DNA of 64,000 bases from Pyrinomonadaceae bacterium (GTDB lineage: Bacteria; Acidobacteriota; Blastocatellia; Pyrinomonadales; Pyrinomonadaceae), in NCBI GenBank assembly GCA_049273695.1, contig JBASRE010000013.1, positions 14,109-78,108 on the forward strand, read 5' to 3'. Both the position numbers and the translations under genes were made by a program. Shown here one piece after another: positions 7,226 through 17,350 of this stretch; within the stretch, counting starts at the first letter, position 1; the number at the start of each line of letters is the position of its first letter. Below the pieces are notes generated by a model. That model saw only the letters and a program-made list of their open reading frames with translations, made no database searches and was not told the origin of the DNA.

Positions 7226-9265
7226 TTAGTCCGACATGCTCGCTTTGGGTAGCGAGATGGTGAAAGTAGTACCGACCCCCACGGTTGACCTGACATCGAG
7301 GCGGCCACCGTGCTCAGATACAATACCATAACAGACCGCCAGCCCGAGGCCGGTCCCGCGGCCCACGTCCTTCGTGGTGAAGAACGGATCAAAAATCTTC
7401 GTGAGGTTCTCTGGAGAAATGCCCACGCCACTGTCGGTGATTTCAATGATCACGTTCAGTCCCGAAGGCGCAGCCCGTAGAGTGAGCGTGCCGCCGTCTG
7501 GCATCGCATCAATCGCGTTGGTCGCGAGCGCGACAACGGCCTGCTGCAACTGACCTTCGTCACCCAAAACCACCGGCAGGTTTTTCATCGTTTCGATTTC
7601 GATTTGAATGTTGTCGCCGCGCTGCTGGTGTGTGACGAGCCGCGCCGTCATCTTGATCGTCTCGGCGAGATTCACCGGCACGCGATTGCCGGCGCGCAGA
7701 CGACTGAAGTCGAGCAAACCATGCGTGATCTGTTTGCAGCGAAAAGCTTCATCGTGAATCAAGCCGAGATACTCTTTCAGGTCTTCAACATCCGATGACT
7801 CAGCGAAGGCGCCTTCCGCGATCCGTTTCTCGAGCGACTCAGCACACGCGGCGATTGTCGCCAGCGGATTGTTGATTTCATGGACGACGCCGGCGGCCAG
7901 GCGTCCCACCGCCGCGAGCTTCTCAGCGCGCGCCACGGCGCGTTCAGATTTCACCCGCGAAGAAATGTTCTCGCCGACCGTGATGACGTGCGACACCTCG
8001 CCCGTTTCGTCGGCGTGCATCGGTATTTTGCTGATGAGCCAGTGGTTAGCGTCGCCGGATTGGGTAATCGTTTCCTGCTCGACACGGTGAATTTCGCCGG
8101 TCGCGAATACCTTGTTGAATTCGCGCTCCAGTAATTCCCGGCTCTGTTTTGTCAGCACCTCGAAGATGTCCTTGCCCAACACTTGTCCGCGCGGTACGCC
8201 GAGTTCGCCCAATTCGCGATTGCGGTTCCAGGCCACAATGCGCTTGTCACGATCGATTGCGTAAAGCGAAAGCGGAAGGCTATCGATGATGGCTTCGGTG
8301 AAGCGCTGCTGCACTTCCGCCTCAACGGCGCGGCGATCAACTTCTTCCGCCAGCGTCGCGGCCGATTCGCGCGCGTGCAGATACAACAGCGAAATGTGCG
8401 CGGCGAGGGCCGCCTGCTGCGCGGCGGCATCGATGAGACCACAGTCTGTGTTTGAATAGTCTTTCGGACTATCGAACGCGACGATTAGGGCGCCGAGAAC
8501 CTCTCCGCCAAACCGCATCGGGCTGATGTACTCAGTCGTCCGCCGATCGTCGTGCAAAAGGAACTCTCTTTCATTCGTCAGCAGCGACGGAGTGGCTGCG
8601 CGCTTCGAATCTAACCATCCGGCAAAGCGTTCGCGATCGACCAGTGATGCACCTTCGGCGTTGCCTTCGCGGTCGAAGGCGCCGATGGCGAAACCGTGGC
8701 CGTTGTTCTTAACGACGCAGGCACACAACGCGGCGTTGATGCCTTCGAACGTTGCGCCCGCGACTCGGCGGGCAACCTGATCAGGTTCGAGAGTTTGCAG
8801 TAAACCGCGTCCCAGGTCGGCGAGGAAACGCAATTCATGATTCGCATCCGTCAGTTGCGACTCGCGTTGCGCGCCACTCAAATGTGAATTGACGCGGGAG
8901 ATTAGCTCGCCGGGTGTTGAGGGCTTGACGATGTAGTCGTCGGCGCCGGCGCTGAAAGCTTCTACCTTGCGCTGCTCGTTGTCGGTCGCCGAAAACACCA
9001 GCACCGGCAATTGCCGCAGCGATGGTTGCGCGCGCAGCAAACGACAGAGAGCGAGACCGTCAACTTCCGGCAGCTCGACATCCAGCATAACCAGGTCGCA
9101 CTGCTCTTTCTTCAAAAATCGCAGAGCCGCCGGCGCGTCGCCGACTGCGACGGTGCGATGACCGGCGCTTTCAAAAATGCTGCGCAGACCCTCGCGCGCC
9201 GACGAATCATCGTCGATCAAGAGCAGGGTCGCAGGATATGTCTCAAACGCAGGAGAAACAGACAT
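7226..9265 (-). CDS. cytoplasmic hybrid sensor histidine kinase (REC-GAF-PAS-HisKA-HATPase)
   Basis: N-terminal receiver (LLLIDDD...[14 protein letters not shown]), H-box [12 protein letters not shown]-boxes DSGVGI and GTGLGLAV. I prefer ATG 9265. The longer track ORF starts at TTG 9448 and adds 61 residues that look non-coding. Confidence 0.85.
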   Translation of the reverse strand: MSVSPAFETYPATLLLIDDDSSAREGLRSIFESAGHRTVAVGDAPAALRFLKKEQCDLVMLDVELPEVDGLALCRLLRAQPSLRQLPVLVFSATDNEQRKVEAFSAGADDYIVKPSTPGELISRVNSHLSGAQRESQLTDANHELRFLADLGRGLLQTLEPDQVARRVAGATFEGINAALCACVVKNNGHGFAIGAFDREGNAEGASLVDRERFAGWLDSKRAATPSLLTNEREFLLHDDRRTTEYISPMRFGGEVLGALIVAFDSPKDYSNTDCGLIDAAAQQAALAAHISLLYLHARESAATLAEEVDRRAVEAEVQQRFTEAIIDSLPLSLYAIDRDKRIVAWNRNRELGELGVPRGQVLGKDIFEVLTKQSRELLEREFNKVFATGEIHRVEQETITQSGDANHWLISKIPMHADETGEVSHVITVGENISSRVKSERAVARAEKLAAVGRLAAGVVHEINNPLATIAACAESLEKRIAEGAFAESSDVEDLKEYLGLIHDEAFRCKQITHGLLDFSRLRAGNRVPVNLAETIKMTARLVTHQQRGDNIQIEIETMKNLPVVLGDEGQLQQAVVALATNAIDAMPDGGTLTLRAAPSGLNVIIEITDSGVGISPENLTKIFDPFFTTKDVGRGTGLGLAVCYGIVSEHGGRLDVRSTVGVGTTFTISLPKASMSD

Positions 9266-9453
9266 TAAGGTCAACAGCGAGGAGCGAACAGTTTGGTGCA
9301 ATACGCGAATTCCAGAGGATGAGAGGGGCGGGCCGGAAACAATTGGCCGGGTATTCTGAGGGGCGCGTTTGTGGTGGACTGCGCCCGGAGCGGACAAATG
9401 TGTCCGCAGCCTGTTTCCAGATTGGAAGATCGAGGCAGGAGTTGTCAAGAATA

Positions 9454-11445
9454 TTAATTAATTGAAGCAGTTACGAGATTTTCGGTAACGGGTTCCGCCG
9501 ACGGGGCGACGGACGTGCTAATCGGGGCTTCCGGTGCCTGTAGCAGTGGCAGCGCGCCGGTCTTATGGGCAGACTTCGCGCGATACATGGCCTGATCGGC
9601 CGCAATTAGCAGATGATCCAGGGTCTCGCCGTTGGCGCCAAAAATCGACGCACCAATCGAGATGCCCACCCGCGCGCGTGTTTGTGAGCCCGAGCCCACG
9701 CCCAAGGAGAACGAGCTCACGACCGTTTCAATACGGTCCCTCAGTTCGTCCACCTGCTGCACCGTCAAGTCTGGCAGCAGCGCAACAAACTCGTCACCTG
9801 CATAGCGGGCGAGAAAGTCGTACTCGCGGAGCTGGTTCTGAATCAGACTGGCAACTTCGCGCAGCATGCGGTCGCCGATCTTGTGACCAAAGCTGTCGTT
9901 CACGATCTTAAAGTCGTCAAGATCCAGCATGATGACCTGAAACGGACGATTGTTACGACGAGCGCGAGAGACTTCCTGGTCGAATCTGACGTGGAGCGCG
10001 CGCGCATTGGGCAACCCGGTCAGCGAATCTGTCAAAGCATTGGATTCCGCTTGCGCGTGATGCATCGCGTTCGCCAGCGCATCGGACGCCAAACGCGTGA
10101 CGGTCTCAAGCAAACGAATCTGGTTGTCGGTGTATTCACGTAGCGACGTCGAATACAACGATAGGGCGCCGAGCAAGACATCGCCCTTGAACAGTGGCAG
10201 CGAAGCCATCGAACGGTAACGCGCATCGAGTTTCACCCCGAGTCGATCGAATTCGAGACTTGGTTGCAGCCGGTTCACCGAGCGGCGATTCGCCATCGCA
10301 AAACCGGTGACGCCTTCGCCCGGCGCGACACACCGGTTGCGCAGAGCTTCGGCGTCGCGGCCCACTGCGAGTGCGGCCGACGCGTAACCTTTAATTTCGT
10401 CGTAAAGGTAAACCGCGCACGTGTCGAAGGTCACAAGATGCCCGACCTTATCGACCAGCACGGACAGCGTGCTATCCATCTCCAGGGACGAACTGAACTT
10501 GCGCGCGATTTCGTAAAGCGCGTACACCTCTCGATGCGCGTTGCGGATTTCATCGTACGCGGCGAACGAAGTGTTCTCGCGCGCCTTTGCAACTTCGTCT
10601 TCCGCCGGTGCGATCGGCATCGGAGGGGTGCTTGAATGAATTTCGGCGTCGAGCCCGCGACTGGAAATCTCAGACTCAAACCGCGGCAATTCGCCGATGA
10701 ATAACTCAACGATTTTCGGATCGAAATGTGTGCCGGCGCCTTTGCGCAGCAGCTCGATCGCATCGTCGCGCGACATACTTGGACGGAACGGGCGATCTTC
10801 ACGCACCGAATCGAAGCTATCCACCACCGACATGATGCGCGCGGTGATCGGGATCTGCTCGCCTTTCAAGCCATCGGGATAGCCGCAACCGTCCCAACGC
10901 TCATGATGGTGCTTTACGATGGGGACGACCGGGTACGGAAAATTGACGCGGCTAAGAATTTCGGCGCCGACGGTCGTATGAATTTTTGTTTTCTCGAATT
11001 CGGCAGGCGTGAGCGAGCCGGGCTTGTTCAAAATGTGATCGGGAACAGCAAGCTTGCCAATGTCATGCAGCAACGCGCCTGCGCGTAAGGCGGCGAGTTC
11101 CTTCTCAGACAAGCCGAGCAGCCGGCCCAGGCCATCGATGTAGATCTCGACGCGTCGCACGTGACAATGCGAGGTCTGATCCTTCGCGTCAATCGCGGTG
11201 GCCAGGGCCTCGGCAGTCGCCAAATGCAGACGGCTCATCTCCTCAGCTTCGCGTGTTTTTGCGTTGAGGCGCTCGAAATAAAGTTTGTAAGTCCAGAAGG
11301 TGACGGCGAGCACAGGTACACTCAGCACGGCGTATTTGATGCCGCCCTGAAGGACCCAGACGAACACCGAAATACCGGTGACGGCGAGGACGTACCAATA
11401 GGGCCGCGCCGCGCCGTTGTAATCAGACATGTCGATCAGTTTCAT
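9454..11445 (-). CDS. c-di-GMP enzyme: 2 TM + HD-GYP + GAF + GGDEF (AGDEF variant)
   Basis: LHDIGKLAVP and HHERWDGCGYPDGL (HD-GYP). A central GAF-like region. MLDLDDFKIVND, REYD (RxxD I-site) and RYAGDEFVALL (GGDEF domain). Confidence 0.88.
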   Translation of the reverse strand: MKLIDMSDYNGAARPYWYVLAVTGISVFVWVLQGGIKYAVLSVPVLAVTFWTYKLYFERLNAKTREAEEMSRLHLATAEALATAIDAKDQTSHCHVRRVEIYIDGLGRLLGLSEKELAALRAGALLHDIGKLAVPDHILNKPGSLTPAEFEKTKIHTTVGAEILSRVNFPYPVVPIVKHHHERWDGCGYPDGLKGEQIPITARIMSVVDSFDSVREDRPFRPSMSRDDAIELLRKGAGTHFDPKIVELFIGELPRFESEISSRGLDAEIHSSTPPMPIAPAEDEVAKARENTSFAAYDEIRNAHREVYALYEIARKFSSSLEMDSTLSVLVDKVGHLVTFDTCAVYLYDEIKGYASAALAVGRDAEALRNRCVAPGEGVTGFAMANRRSVNRLQPSLEFDRLGVKLDARYRSMASLPLFKGDVLLGALSLYSTSLREYTDNQIRLLETVTRLASDALANAMHHAQAESNALTDSLTGLPNARALHVRFDQEVSRARRNNRPFQVIMLDLDDFKIVNDSFGHKIGDRMLREVASLIQNQLREYDFLARYAGDEFVALLPDLTVQQVDELRDRIETVVSSFSLGVGSGSQTRARVGISIGASIFGANGETLDHLLIAADQAMYRAKSAHKTGALPLLQAPEAPISTSVAPSAEPVTENLVTASIN

Positions 11446-11950
11446 GTTTGCCTTGCTTATCGTTTAGCGGCGGGCTACCGCCCGCCGATTGCAAACCGAC
11501 TTGGCGGGCAGTAGCCCGCTTCTAAACAAGACGTGATCATTTCTTCCTAAAAAAGTCCGCGCCGAAACCTTCAACCGGGAGCAACCTCGGCATTTCAGTT
11601 CGGCGCGGCACTGGGCAAGTCGGCGATGCTGGCACGCATGCGCCGTCTGGGGTGTAGTAACCGGGCAAAAGAGTCGCGCGCTTCGGGTCATAATTTTTAG
11701 GCGGCTAGCGGACCCAGTGCGGTGGGCCCAACAGCGGTTAAGCTTTCCTAGCCGCGCCTTCCCGTTTACAACGCGTGTGCCGCAAGTAACTTCTCTGAAA
11801 GCTGGCTTATTTCGGCGGATTTGTGATGTCAGCGAATTAGTTCATCGAGCAGATGCGGTCACGTTTCTCATTCTGACAAGTCAGACTGACGGCAGTCGCG
11901 TTGACAACTTCATTTGGCCAGTGCACCTTTCATCAACTTCCAGAAATCGG

Positions 11951-13303
11951 ATGAAGCTTCGAAAAAGAGTTCAGCCAACCGTCGAGACAACCCCGTCAGT
12001 CGGTTATATAGAGCTGCTGCGGAAGAACCGACAGTTCCGCATGCTTTGGTTAGGCCAGGTGGTCAGCCAGATGGGCGATTGGTTCGACACGATTGCCGTT
12101 TATACGCTGGCACTCCAACTGACGGGTTCCAGTCGCTCAGTCGCATTGATCATGGTCGCGCGATTCCTGCCGAGCGTAGTGATGGGTCCGCTGTCGGGGG
12201 TCGTGGCCGACAGATTCAGCCGGCGATCGATCATGATCGCGTCAGATATCATGCGCGCGCTGGTGGTGCTCGGATTCTTGTTCGTGCGGCGGCCGGACCA
12301 AATGTGGCTGGTCTACGTACTCACGGTTTTGCAGCTGGCGTTCTCAGCATTCTTCGAACCGGCCAAGACGGCCGCCATTCCCTCGATCGTTTCGGATCGC
12401 GAACTACTTCCGGCAAATGCCATCGCGTCGGTGACGTGGTCAATCATGTTGACCACCGGCGCAGCCATCGGCGGCGTTGTGACCGGATTGTTCGGTACGA
12501 ATGCCGCGTTCATCCTGGATTCGCTGACGTTCGTCGCTTCGGCGATCCTGATCAGTCGCGTTCGTTTTCCGAAGCGACCGGCGCGCGAGAAGACAAAACT
12601 GACCGTCGCGAAGGCGGTCGGCATCACCGATACACTTGAAGGCGCTCGCTATGTGAAGCAACGGCCGCGCGTGTTCGCCTACCTGATGGTCAAAACCGCC
12701 TGGGGAGTGGGCGGCGGGATTTTGACGCTGCTCGCCGTTTTCGGCGAGCGAGTCTTTCCGGTAGCCGGTAAGACCGCCACGGGCATCGGCGTGCTGTTCA
12801 CGGCGCGAGGTATCGGCACGGCAGTCGGTCCAATCGTTGCCCGTCGGTGGGTGGGCGAAACACGCCGGCACATGCAGACTTCGATTGGCGTCGCGTTCCT
12901 GATCGCCGGGGTCTTTTATATCGCGTTCGGAACTTCGAGAAGTTTCACCCTTGCGTTGCTGTTCCTGCTCGTCGCTCACGCCGGCGGCAGCATCCTCTGG
13001 GTGTACTCAACGGTGCTCTTACAACAAACCGTCGAGGATCAGTTTCGCGGCCGTGTCTTTGCCGCTGAGCTCACGCTCGTTACGCTGACGATGGCGGCGT
13101 CGAATTACGTTGTGGGCGAGCTGATGGATCGTTTCGGATTTTCGCCGCGCGTGGTGACGGCCGCGGTGGGTACATTTTTTCTGCTGCCGGGATTAATGTG
13201 GTTCGTGTCCAAGAAATGGTGGGACAGAAGTGTCGATGTTTCTGTAGCCCAGGCGTTTACGCCTGGGAACAAGCGTCAAATTGAATCCATCGAACCTCCT
13301 TAA
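11951..13303 (+). CDS. MFS transporter (EntS/MFS_3-like)
   Basis: ATG 11951 gives MKLRKRV...FRMLWLGQVVSQMGDWF followed by about 12 hydrophobic segments. The track start at 11717 adds a non-coding-looking extension. Confidence 0.8.
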   Translation: MKLRKRVQPTVETTPSVGYIELLRKNRQFRMLWLGQVVSQMGDWFDTIAVYTLALQLTGSSRSVALIMVARFLPSVVMGPLSGVVADRFSRRSIMIASDIMRALVVLGFLFVRRPDQMWLVYVLTVLQLAFSAFFEPAKTAAIPSIVSDRELLPANAIASVTWSIMLTTGAAIGGVVTGLFGTNAAFILDSLTFVASAILISRVRFPKRPAREKTKLTVAKAVGITDTLEGARYVKQRPRVFAYLMVKTAWGVGGGILTLLAVFGERVFPVAGKTATGIGVLFTARGIGTAVGPIVARRWVGETRRHMQTSIGVAFLIAGVFYIAFGTSRSFTLALLFLLVAHAGGSILWVYSTVLLQQTVEDQFRGRVFAAELTLVTLTMAASNYVVGELMDRFGFSPRVVTAAVGTFFLLPGLMWFVSKKWWDRSVDVSVAQAFTPGNKRQIESIEPP

Positions 13304-13404
13304 GGAGGTTTTCAGACATCTGGATCTGCGTCCGCCCCATAAATGGGGCATTAACAACCAGAACTCTGGCGACCCAGGCGTGAACGCCTGGGCTAGAGAA
13401 AGTC

Positions 13405-13929
13405 ATGAAGATCAAAATCGGCGTCATGGGTTCGGCAGAAGAAATGCCGGACGTTTGCGAAAAAGCAGAGGCGTTGGGCCGGGCAATTGCCGCGCGTGAC
13501 GCCATTCTGCTGACTGGCGCAACGACCGGTTTGATCTACGCGCTGGGCAAAGCTGCTCGCGACGCCGGCGCCACACATGTAGGCATTTCGCCGGCGCACG
13601 ACGCCGAGGAACACGTTGAGCGATACGAGTTGCCGCTCGACGCTTGTGACGCGATCATCTACACCGGCTTCGGATTGAAAGGGCGGAATGTCGTGCTGGT
13701 GCGTTCGTGCGATGTCGTGATATTCATTTCCGGCTCGATTGGATCGCTTAACGAATTCACCATTGCCTACGACGAAGGAAAAGTGATCGGCTGTCTGACG
13801 GGAACGGGCGGGGTCGCTGATGAGATCGAACGCTTGACCCAGGTATTTACGAAGAAGACCAAATCGCGGATTTTCTATGATGAGGATCCGGTAGGATTGG
13901 TCGACAAGTGCTTGGGCGCAGTCCCGTAG
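13405..13929 (+). CDS. LOG/TIGR00725-family Rossmann-fold protein
   Basis: MKIKIGVMGSA...LLTGATTGL...VVIFISGSIGSLNEFTIAY fits the lysine-decarboxylase-like (LOG/SLOG) fold pattern. Confidence 0.6.
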   Translation: MKIKIGVMGSAEEMPDVCEKAEALGRAIAARDAILLTGATTGLIYALGKAARDAGATHVGISPAHDAEEHVERYELPLDACDAIIYTGFGLKGRNVVLVRSCDVVIFISGSIGSLNEFTIAYDEGKVIGCLTGTGGVADEIERLTQVFTKKTKSRIFYDEDPVGLVDKCLGAVP

Positions 13930-14063
13930 GGACGGAATGTTTATAGTTACCGGCAGACATTTTATTTCGCTCCTCTGGAGCTCAGCTCATCACGTCAGCG
14001 GAGATGGCTATAAACATCGCGCCGCTCCCGCGGCTGAAGCCAAGTATTGATCGAAAGGTTTTC

Positions 14064-14855
14064 ATGGACTTGGGAATTAAAGATCGCGTTGCGCTCGTCG
14101 CCGCCGCCAGTCGCGGCATTGGCTACGCGGCCGCGCTTGAGCTGGCACGTGAAGGCGCGCGAGTTTTTCTTTGCTCGCGTGATGAACGGCGTGCTGCGGA
14201 AGCCGCCGAAGCCATTCACAAAGAAACGGGCGCGAATATCGCCGGAATTGCGGCCGACGTTACCAACGTCGACGACACCGAAAGGTTTGTCACGCTGGCT
14301 CTTGAGCGCGCCGGTCGCGTAGACATCTGCGTGACGAACGCGGGCGGCCCGCCGGCGACAGTTTTCGACAATACGGACATCGAGATGTTTCGCCACGCGT
14401 TCGAGTTAAATGCTCTCTCGGCGATTCGACTGGCGAAGCTGGTTCTGCCCGGCATGCGCGAGCGCAAGTGGGGCCGCATCATCAATGTCACCTCGATCTC
14501 AGTCAAACAGCCGGTCGAAGGATTGCTGCTTTCGAACACGGTGCGCGCGGCATTAACCGGCTGGGCCAAGACGGTCTCGAATGAGGTCGCCACCGACGGT
14601 GTGACCGTGAATAACGTCGCGCCGGGTTACACTTTGACGGAGCGGCAGAGCGAACTCGCGGAAATGCGGTCGAAAGCGCTCGGCAAATCAAAGCAGGAAA
14701 TCATTGAAACGTGGGCGACGCAGACACCAATGCGGCGCATGGCGGGCGCGGAAGAAATCGCGGCGGCGATAACATTCCTCGCTTCCGAACGCGCTTCTTA
14801 CATCACCGGCGTGACACTGCAGGTTGATGGCGGGTGGACGCGGGGATTGTTTTAG
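14064..14855 (+). CDS. SDR family oxidoreductase
   Basis: ATG 14064. VALVAAASRGIGYA cofactor motif, NAGG, and the ...APGYTLT... region typical of classical SDRs. Confidence 0.85.
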   Translation: MDLGIKDRVALVAAASRGIGYAAALELAREGARVFLCSRDERRAAEAAEAIHKETGANIAGIAADVTNVDDTERFVTLALERAGRVDICVTNAGGPPATVFDNTDIEMFRHAFELNALSAIRLAKLVLPGMRERKWGRIINVTSISVKQPVEGLLLSNTVRAALTGWAKTVSNEVATDGVTVNNVAPGYTLTERQSELAEMRSKALGKSKQEIIETWATQTPMRRMAGAEEIAAAITFLASERASYITGVTLQVDGGWTRGLF

Positions 14856-14928
14856 AAGATGGCCGCCATTAAACTGCGAGCAATACCAGTTATAGGATTC
14901 AACTTCTAACTTTCGAGGATTCTGAGCT

Positions 14929-15183
14929 ATGGCGCGAGGCTGGGAAAGCAAATCAGTGGAAGATCAGATCGGCGACGCCGAGGCTGCTAAGGAAGATCAA
15001 GCAAAACTCCATCTCTCTGCGCAAGGGCGCGCACTGGAGAACCAGCGGCAGCACCTGCTGCTCTCGCGAACCCAAATTATGGGTCGCCTTAAGGCAGCCA
15101 CGAATCCGCGTTACCGCACTCAACTCGAGGCGGCGCTTCAAGATTTAGAGAAAAAATTGACGGAGTTAGACGCGAAGGAATGA
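14929..15183 (+). CDS. small coiled-coil hypothetical protein
   Basis: 84-aa ORF with an ATG start and charged heptad-like sequence. I recognise no domain. Confidence 0.45.
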   Translation: MARGWESKSVEDQIGDAEAAKEDQAKLHLSAQGRALENQRQHLLLSRTQIMGRLKAATNPRYRTQLEAALQDLEKKLTELDAKE

Positions 15184-15191
15184 CTTTGGGT

Positions 15192-15719
15192 TCAGTCTAA
15201 CGTCGTTGCCCGGATCTTCTTGTCCTGCGCCGCGCGGAACTCACGCAACTTCTTTTTGAGTTCAGGTTGGCTGTTAGCGAGAATCGCGATCGCCAGCAGC
15301 GCGGCGTTTGTCGCTCCCGCTTTTCCAATTGCTAAAGTCCCTACCGGAATTCCGCCCGGCATCTGCACCGTCGAAAGCAAAGAATCAAGTCCATTAAGCG
15401 CGCTGGTCATCGGCACGCCGAGCACCGGCAGAGTTGTGTGGGCGGCCATCACGCCAGCGAGGTGAGCGGCGCCGCCGGCGGCGGCAATGATCACCTGGAT
15501 GCCACGTGAGTCAGCACTGCCGGCAAACTCGGCCGCCAACTGCGGCGAGCGATGCGCGGACATGACGTGCGATTCGTGCGGCACGCCGAAGTCTTTCAAC
15601 GTGTCCGATGCTGAACGCATCACGTCCCAGTCAGACTTGCTGCCCATCAGAACCGCGACCAGAGATTTCGAATTGCGAATTGCGGATTGCGGATTTTTAG
15701 AGCTCTTTTTCTTTGGCAT
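15192..15719 (-). CDS. purE: 5-(carboxyamino)imidazole ribonucleotide mutase
   Basis: VAVLMGSKSDWDVM...SAHRSPQ...IIAAAGGAAHLAGVMAAHTTLPVLGVP are PurE signatures. ATG 15719 is preferred over TTG 15767. Confidence 0.9.
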   Translation of the reverse strand: MPKKKSSKNPQSAIRNSKSLVAVLMGSKSDWDVMRSASDTLKDFGVPHESHVMSAHRSPQLAAEFAGSADSRGIQVIIAAAGGAAHLAGVMAAHTTLPVLGVPMTSALNGLDSLLSTVQMPGGIPVGTLAIGKAGATNAALLAIAILANSQPELKKKLREFRAAQDKKIRATTLD

Positions 15720-15791
15720 GTGTAAGTTTTCGTTGAGGTTAGACGTTTGCAGTCGCGAAATTCGCAATTCGAATTCCGCAATCCGAAATCG
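15664..15791. repeat. tandem-heptamer hairpin (ATTGCGR)n spanning the purE start
   Basis: Arm 15664-15698 (TCGAATT GCGAATT GCGGATT GCGGATT) is complementary to arm 15754-15791. The right arm abuts the icd stop and the left arm lies in purE codons 8-19. Confidence 0.75.
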
Positions 15792-17246
15792 TTATTCTCC
15801 CTGATCCAGTGAATATCCCCGTTCGCCGTCAAAGTTGCACAGGTTCTCAGTTTTAATGAAATCAAAGCCACCAGCGTCGATGTTCGATAACAAACTGATG
15901 ATTTGCTGATGCTCGATGGTGCCGCCATTCTGGTTCACGAAGCGGCAACGCCAGTGATCGGAGCAGAACGTTTCGGACTTGCCGCCCGGCCAAACCTTCA
16001 CGCCGCGATTGCTAATCATCGTCAGCTTGAGATCGTCCGGCGTCACATCAGTCAGCTTCTCGCCCAGGTCGTCGGGCGAGCCCTTCATCCAATCCAGGAA
16101 CACATCGACGCCAACCAACTCTTTCTTGGTGTCCGAGCGTTCTTTGAAGATCGTCTCTTCGGCAAACACTCCCTCGCCGCTATCCTCGTTGTATGTGACC
16201 GCCTTCAGCGTGTGCGGTTTCTTTCCGAGACGTTCGACAATGGCCTGACCAAATTCTTTAGTACCGACTTTCTGCTTGCTGACCTTCTCGTCGTAGATGT
16301 CATACGTGTGGATGCCGTCTTCGATGGTGCGCAGCCACGCATTGTGAACGCGTTCGGCAATGGCGGACTGGCCAATGTGCACTAGCATCATGATCGCGCC
16401 CAGTAACAATCCGGACGGGTTGGCGAGATTCTGACCCGCGCGGCGCGGCGCCGAACCGTGAATCGCTTCGAACATGGCGATGTTCTCGCCGATGTTTGCT
16501 GATCCCGCGAGCCCCACCGAACCGGCGATCTGCGCCGCCACATCCGACAAAACGTCGCCGTACAGATTCGGCATCACGATAACGTCGAAAGCTTCCGGCG
16601 TGTCGGCGAGCTTGGCCGCGCCAATGTCAACGATCCAATGTTCGTTCTCAATGTCCGGATACTCGGCAGCGATCTCGTCAAAGACTTTATGAAACAGACC
16701 GTCGGTCAGCTTCATAATGTTGTCTTTGGTGAAGCAGGTGACTTTTTTGCGGTTGTGACGGCGGGCGTATTCGAAAGCGTAGCGAACAATCTTTTCCGAG
16801 CCGGGCCGTGAAATCAATTTCAAGCATTGCACTACCTGATCCGTCTGCCGGTGCTCGATGCCCGCGTAGAGATCTTCCTCGTTTTCACGAACGATCACGA
16901 CGTCCATGCCGGGGTGCTTCGTTTCAACGAATGGCGAGTACGAAACGCACGGCCGAACATTCGCGTAGAGACCGAGCGTCTTGCGCACGGTCACGTTAAG
17001 ACTCTTGAAGCCACCACCCTGCGGTGTCGTGATCGGCGCTTTGAGAAACACTTTGTTGCTGCGCAGCGAATCCCACGAACTTGGCTCGATGCCTGAACTG
17101 TTGCCCGCGAGATAAACTTTCTCGCCGATGTCGATCCGTTGAATGTCGAGTTTTGCGCCTGCTTCTTTCAGAATGAACAGCGTCGCTTCCATGATTTCCG
17201 GCCCGATGCCGTCACCATGTGCGACTGTGATTGGAACTGTGGGCAT
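15792..17246 (-). CDS. icd: isocitrate dehydrogenase (beta-decarboxylating dehydrogenase family) with a ~140-aa C-terminal extension
   Basis: ATG 17246. MPTVPITVAHGDGIGPEIM, SLNVTVRKTLGLYANVRP, NLYGDVLSD and GSAPRRAG motifs. Confidence 0.85.
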   Translation of the reverse strand: MPTVPITVAHGDGIGPEIMEATLFILKEAGAKLDIQRIDIGEKVYLAGNSSGIEPSSWDSLRSNKVFLKAPITTPQGGGFKSLNVTVRKTLGLYANVRPCVSYSPFVETKHPGMDVVIVRENEEDLYAGIEHRQTDQVVQCLKLISRPGSEKIVRYAFEYARRHNRKKVTCFTKDNIMKLTDGLFHKVFDEIAAEYPDIENEHWIVDIGAAKLADTPEAFDVIVMPNLYGDVLSDVAAQIAGSVGLAGSANIGENIAMFEAIHGSAPRRAGQNLANPSGLLLGAIMMLVHIGQSAIAERVHNAWLRTIEDGIHTYDIYDEKVSKQKVGTKEFGQAIVERLGKKPHTLKAVTYNEDSGEGVFAEETIFKERSDTKKELVGVDVFLDWMKGSPDDLGEKLTDVTPDDLKLTMISNRGVKVWPGGKSETFCSDHWRCRFVNQNGGTIEHQQIISLLSNIDAGGFDFIKTENLCNFDGERGYSLDQGE

Positions 17247-17350
17247 GAATGCGTGCCTTTCTTTGGCGTAATGGAAGTTGACGAATATACGCCTAAAGGT
17301 AAAGGCGGGCAAAGCGGGGTGAGGCGAATAATCCACAGTTACACAGATTA

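Noticed and set aside
9266-9448. 61-codon N-terminal extension of the histidine kinase (track start at 9448)
   Set aside because: It starts at TTG and translates to Ser/Arg/Pro-rich sequence with no domain. The receiver domain begins right after ATG 9265.
11628-11643. TGGCACGCATGCGCC as a sigma-54 promoter upstream of the MFS gene
   Set aside because: The GG-to-GC spacing is one nucleotide short of the consensus, the -12 TTGC is absent, and the site is about 310 nt from the start codon.
11914-12639. 241-aa alternative-frame ORF overlapping the MFS gene
   Set aside because: The same-strand out-of-frame product is Arg/Gly-rich. The MFS frame gives regular TM helices.
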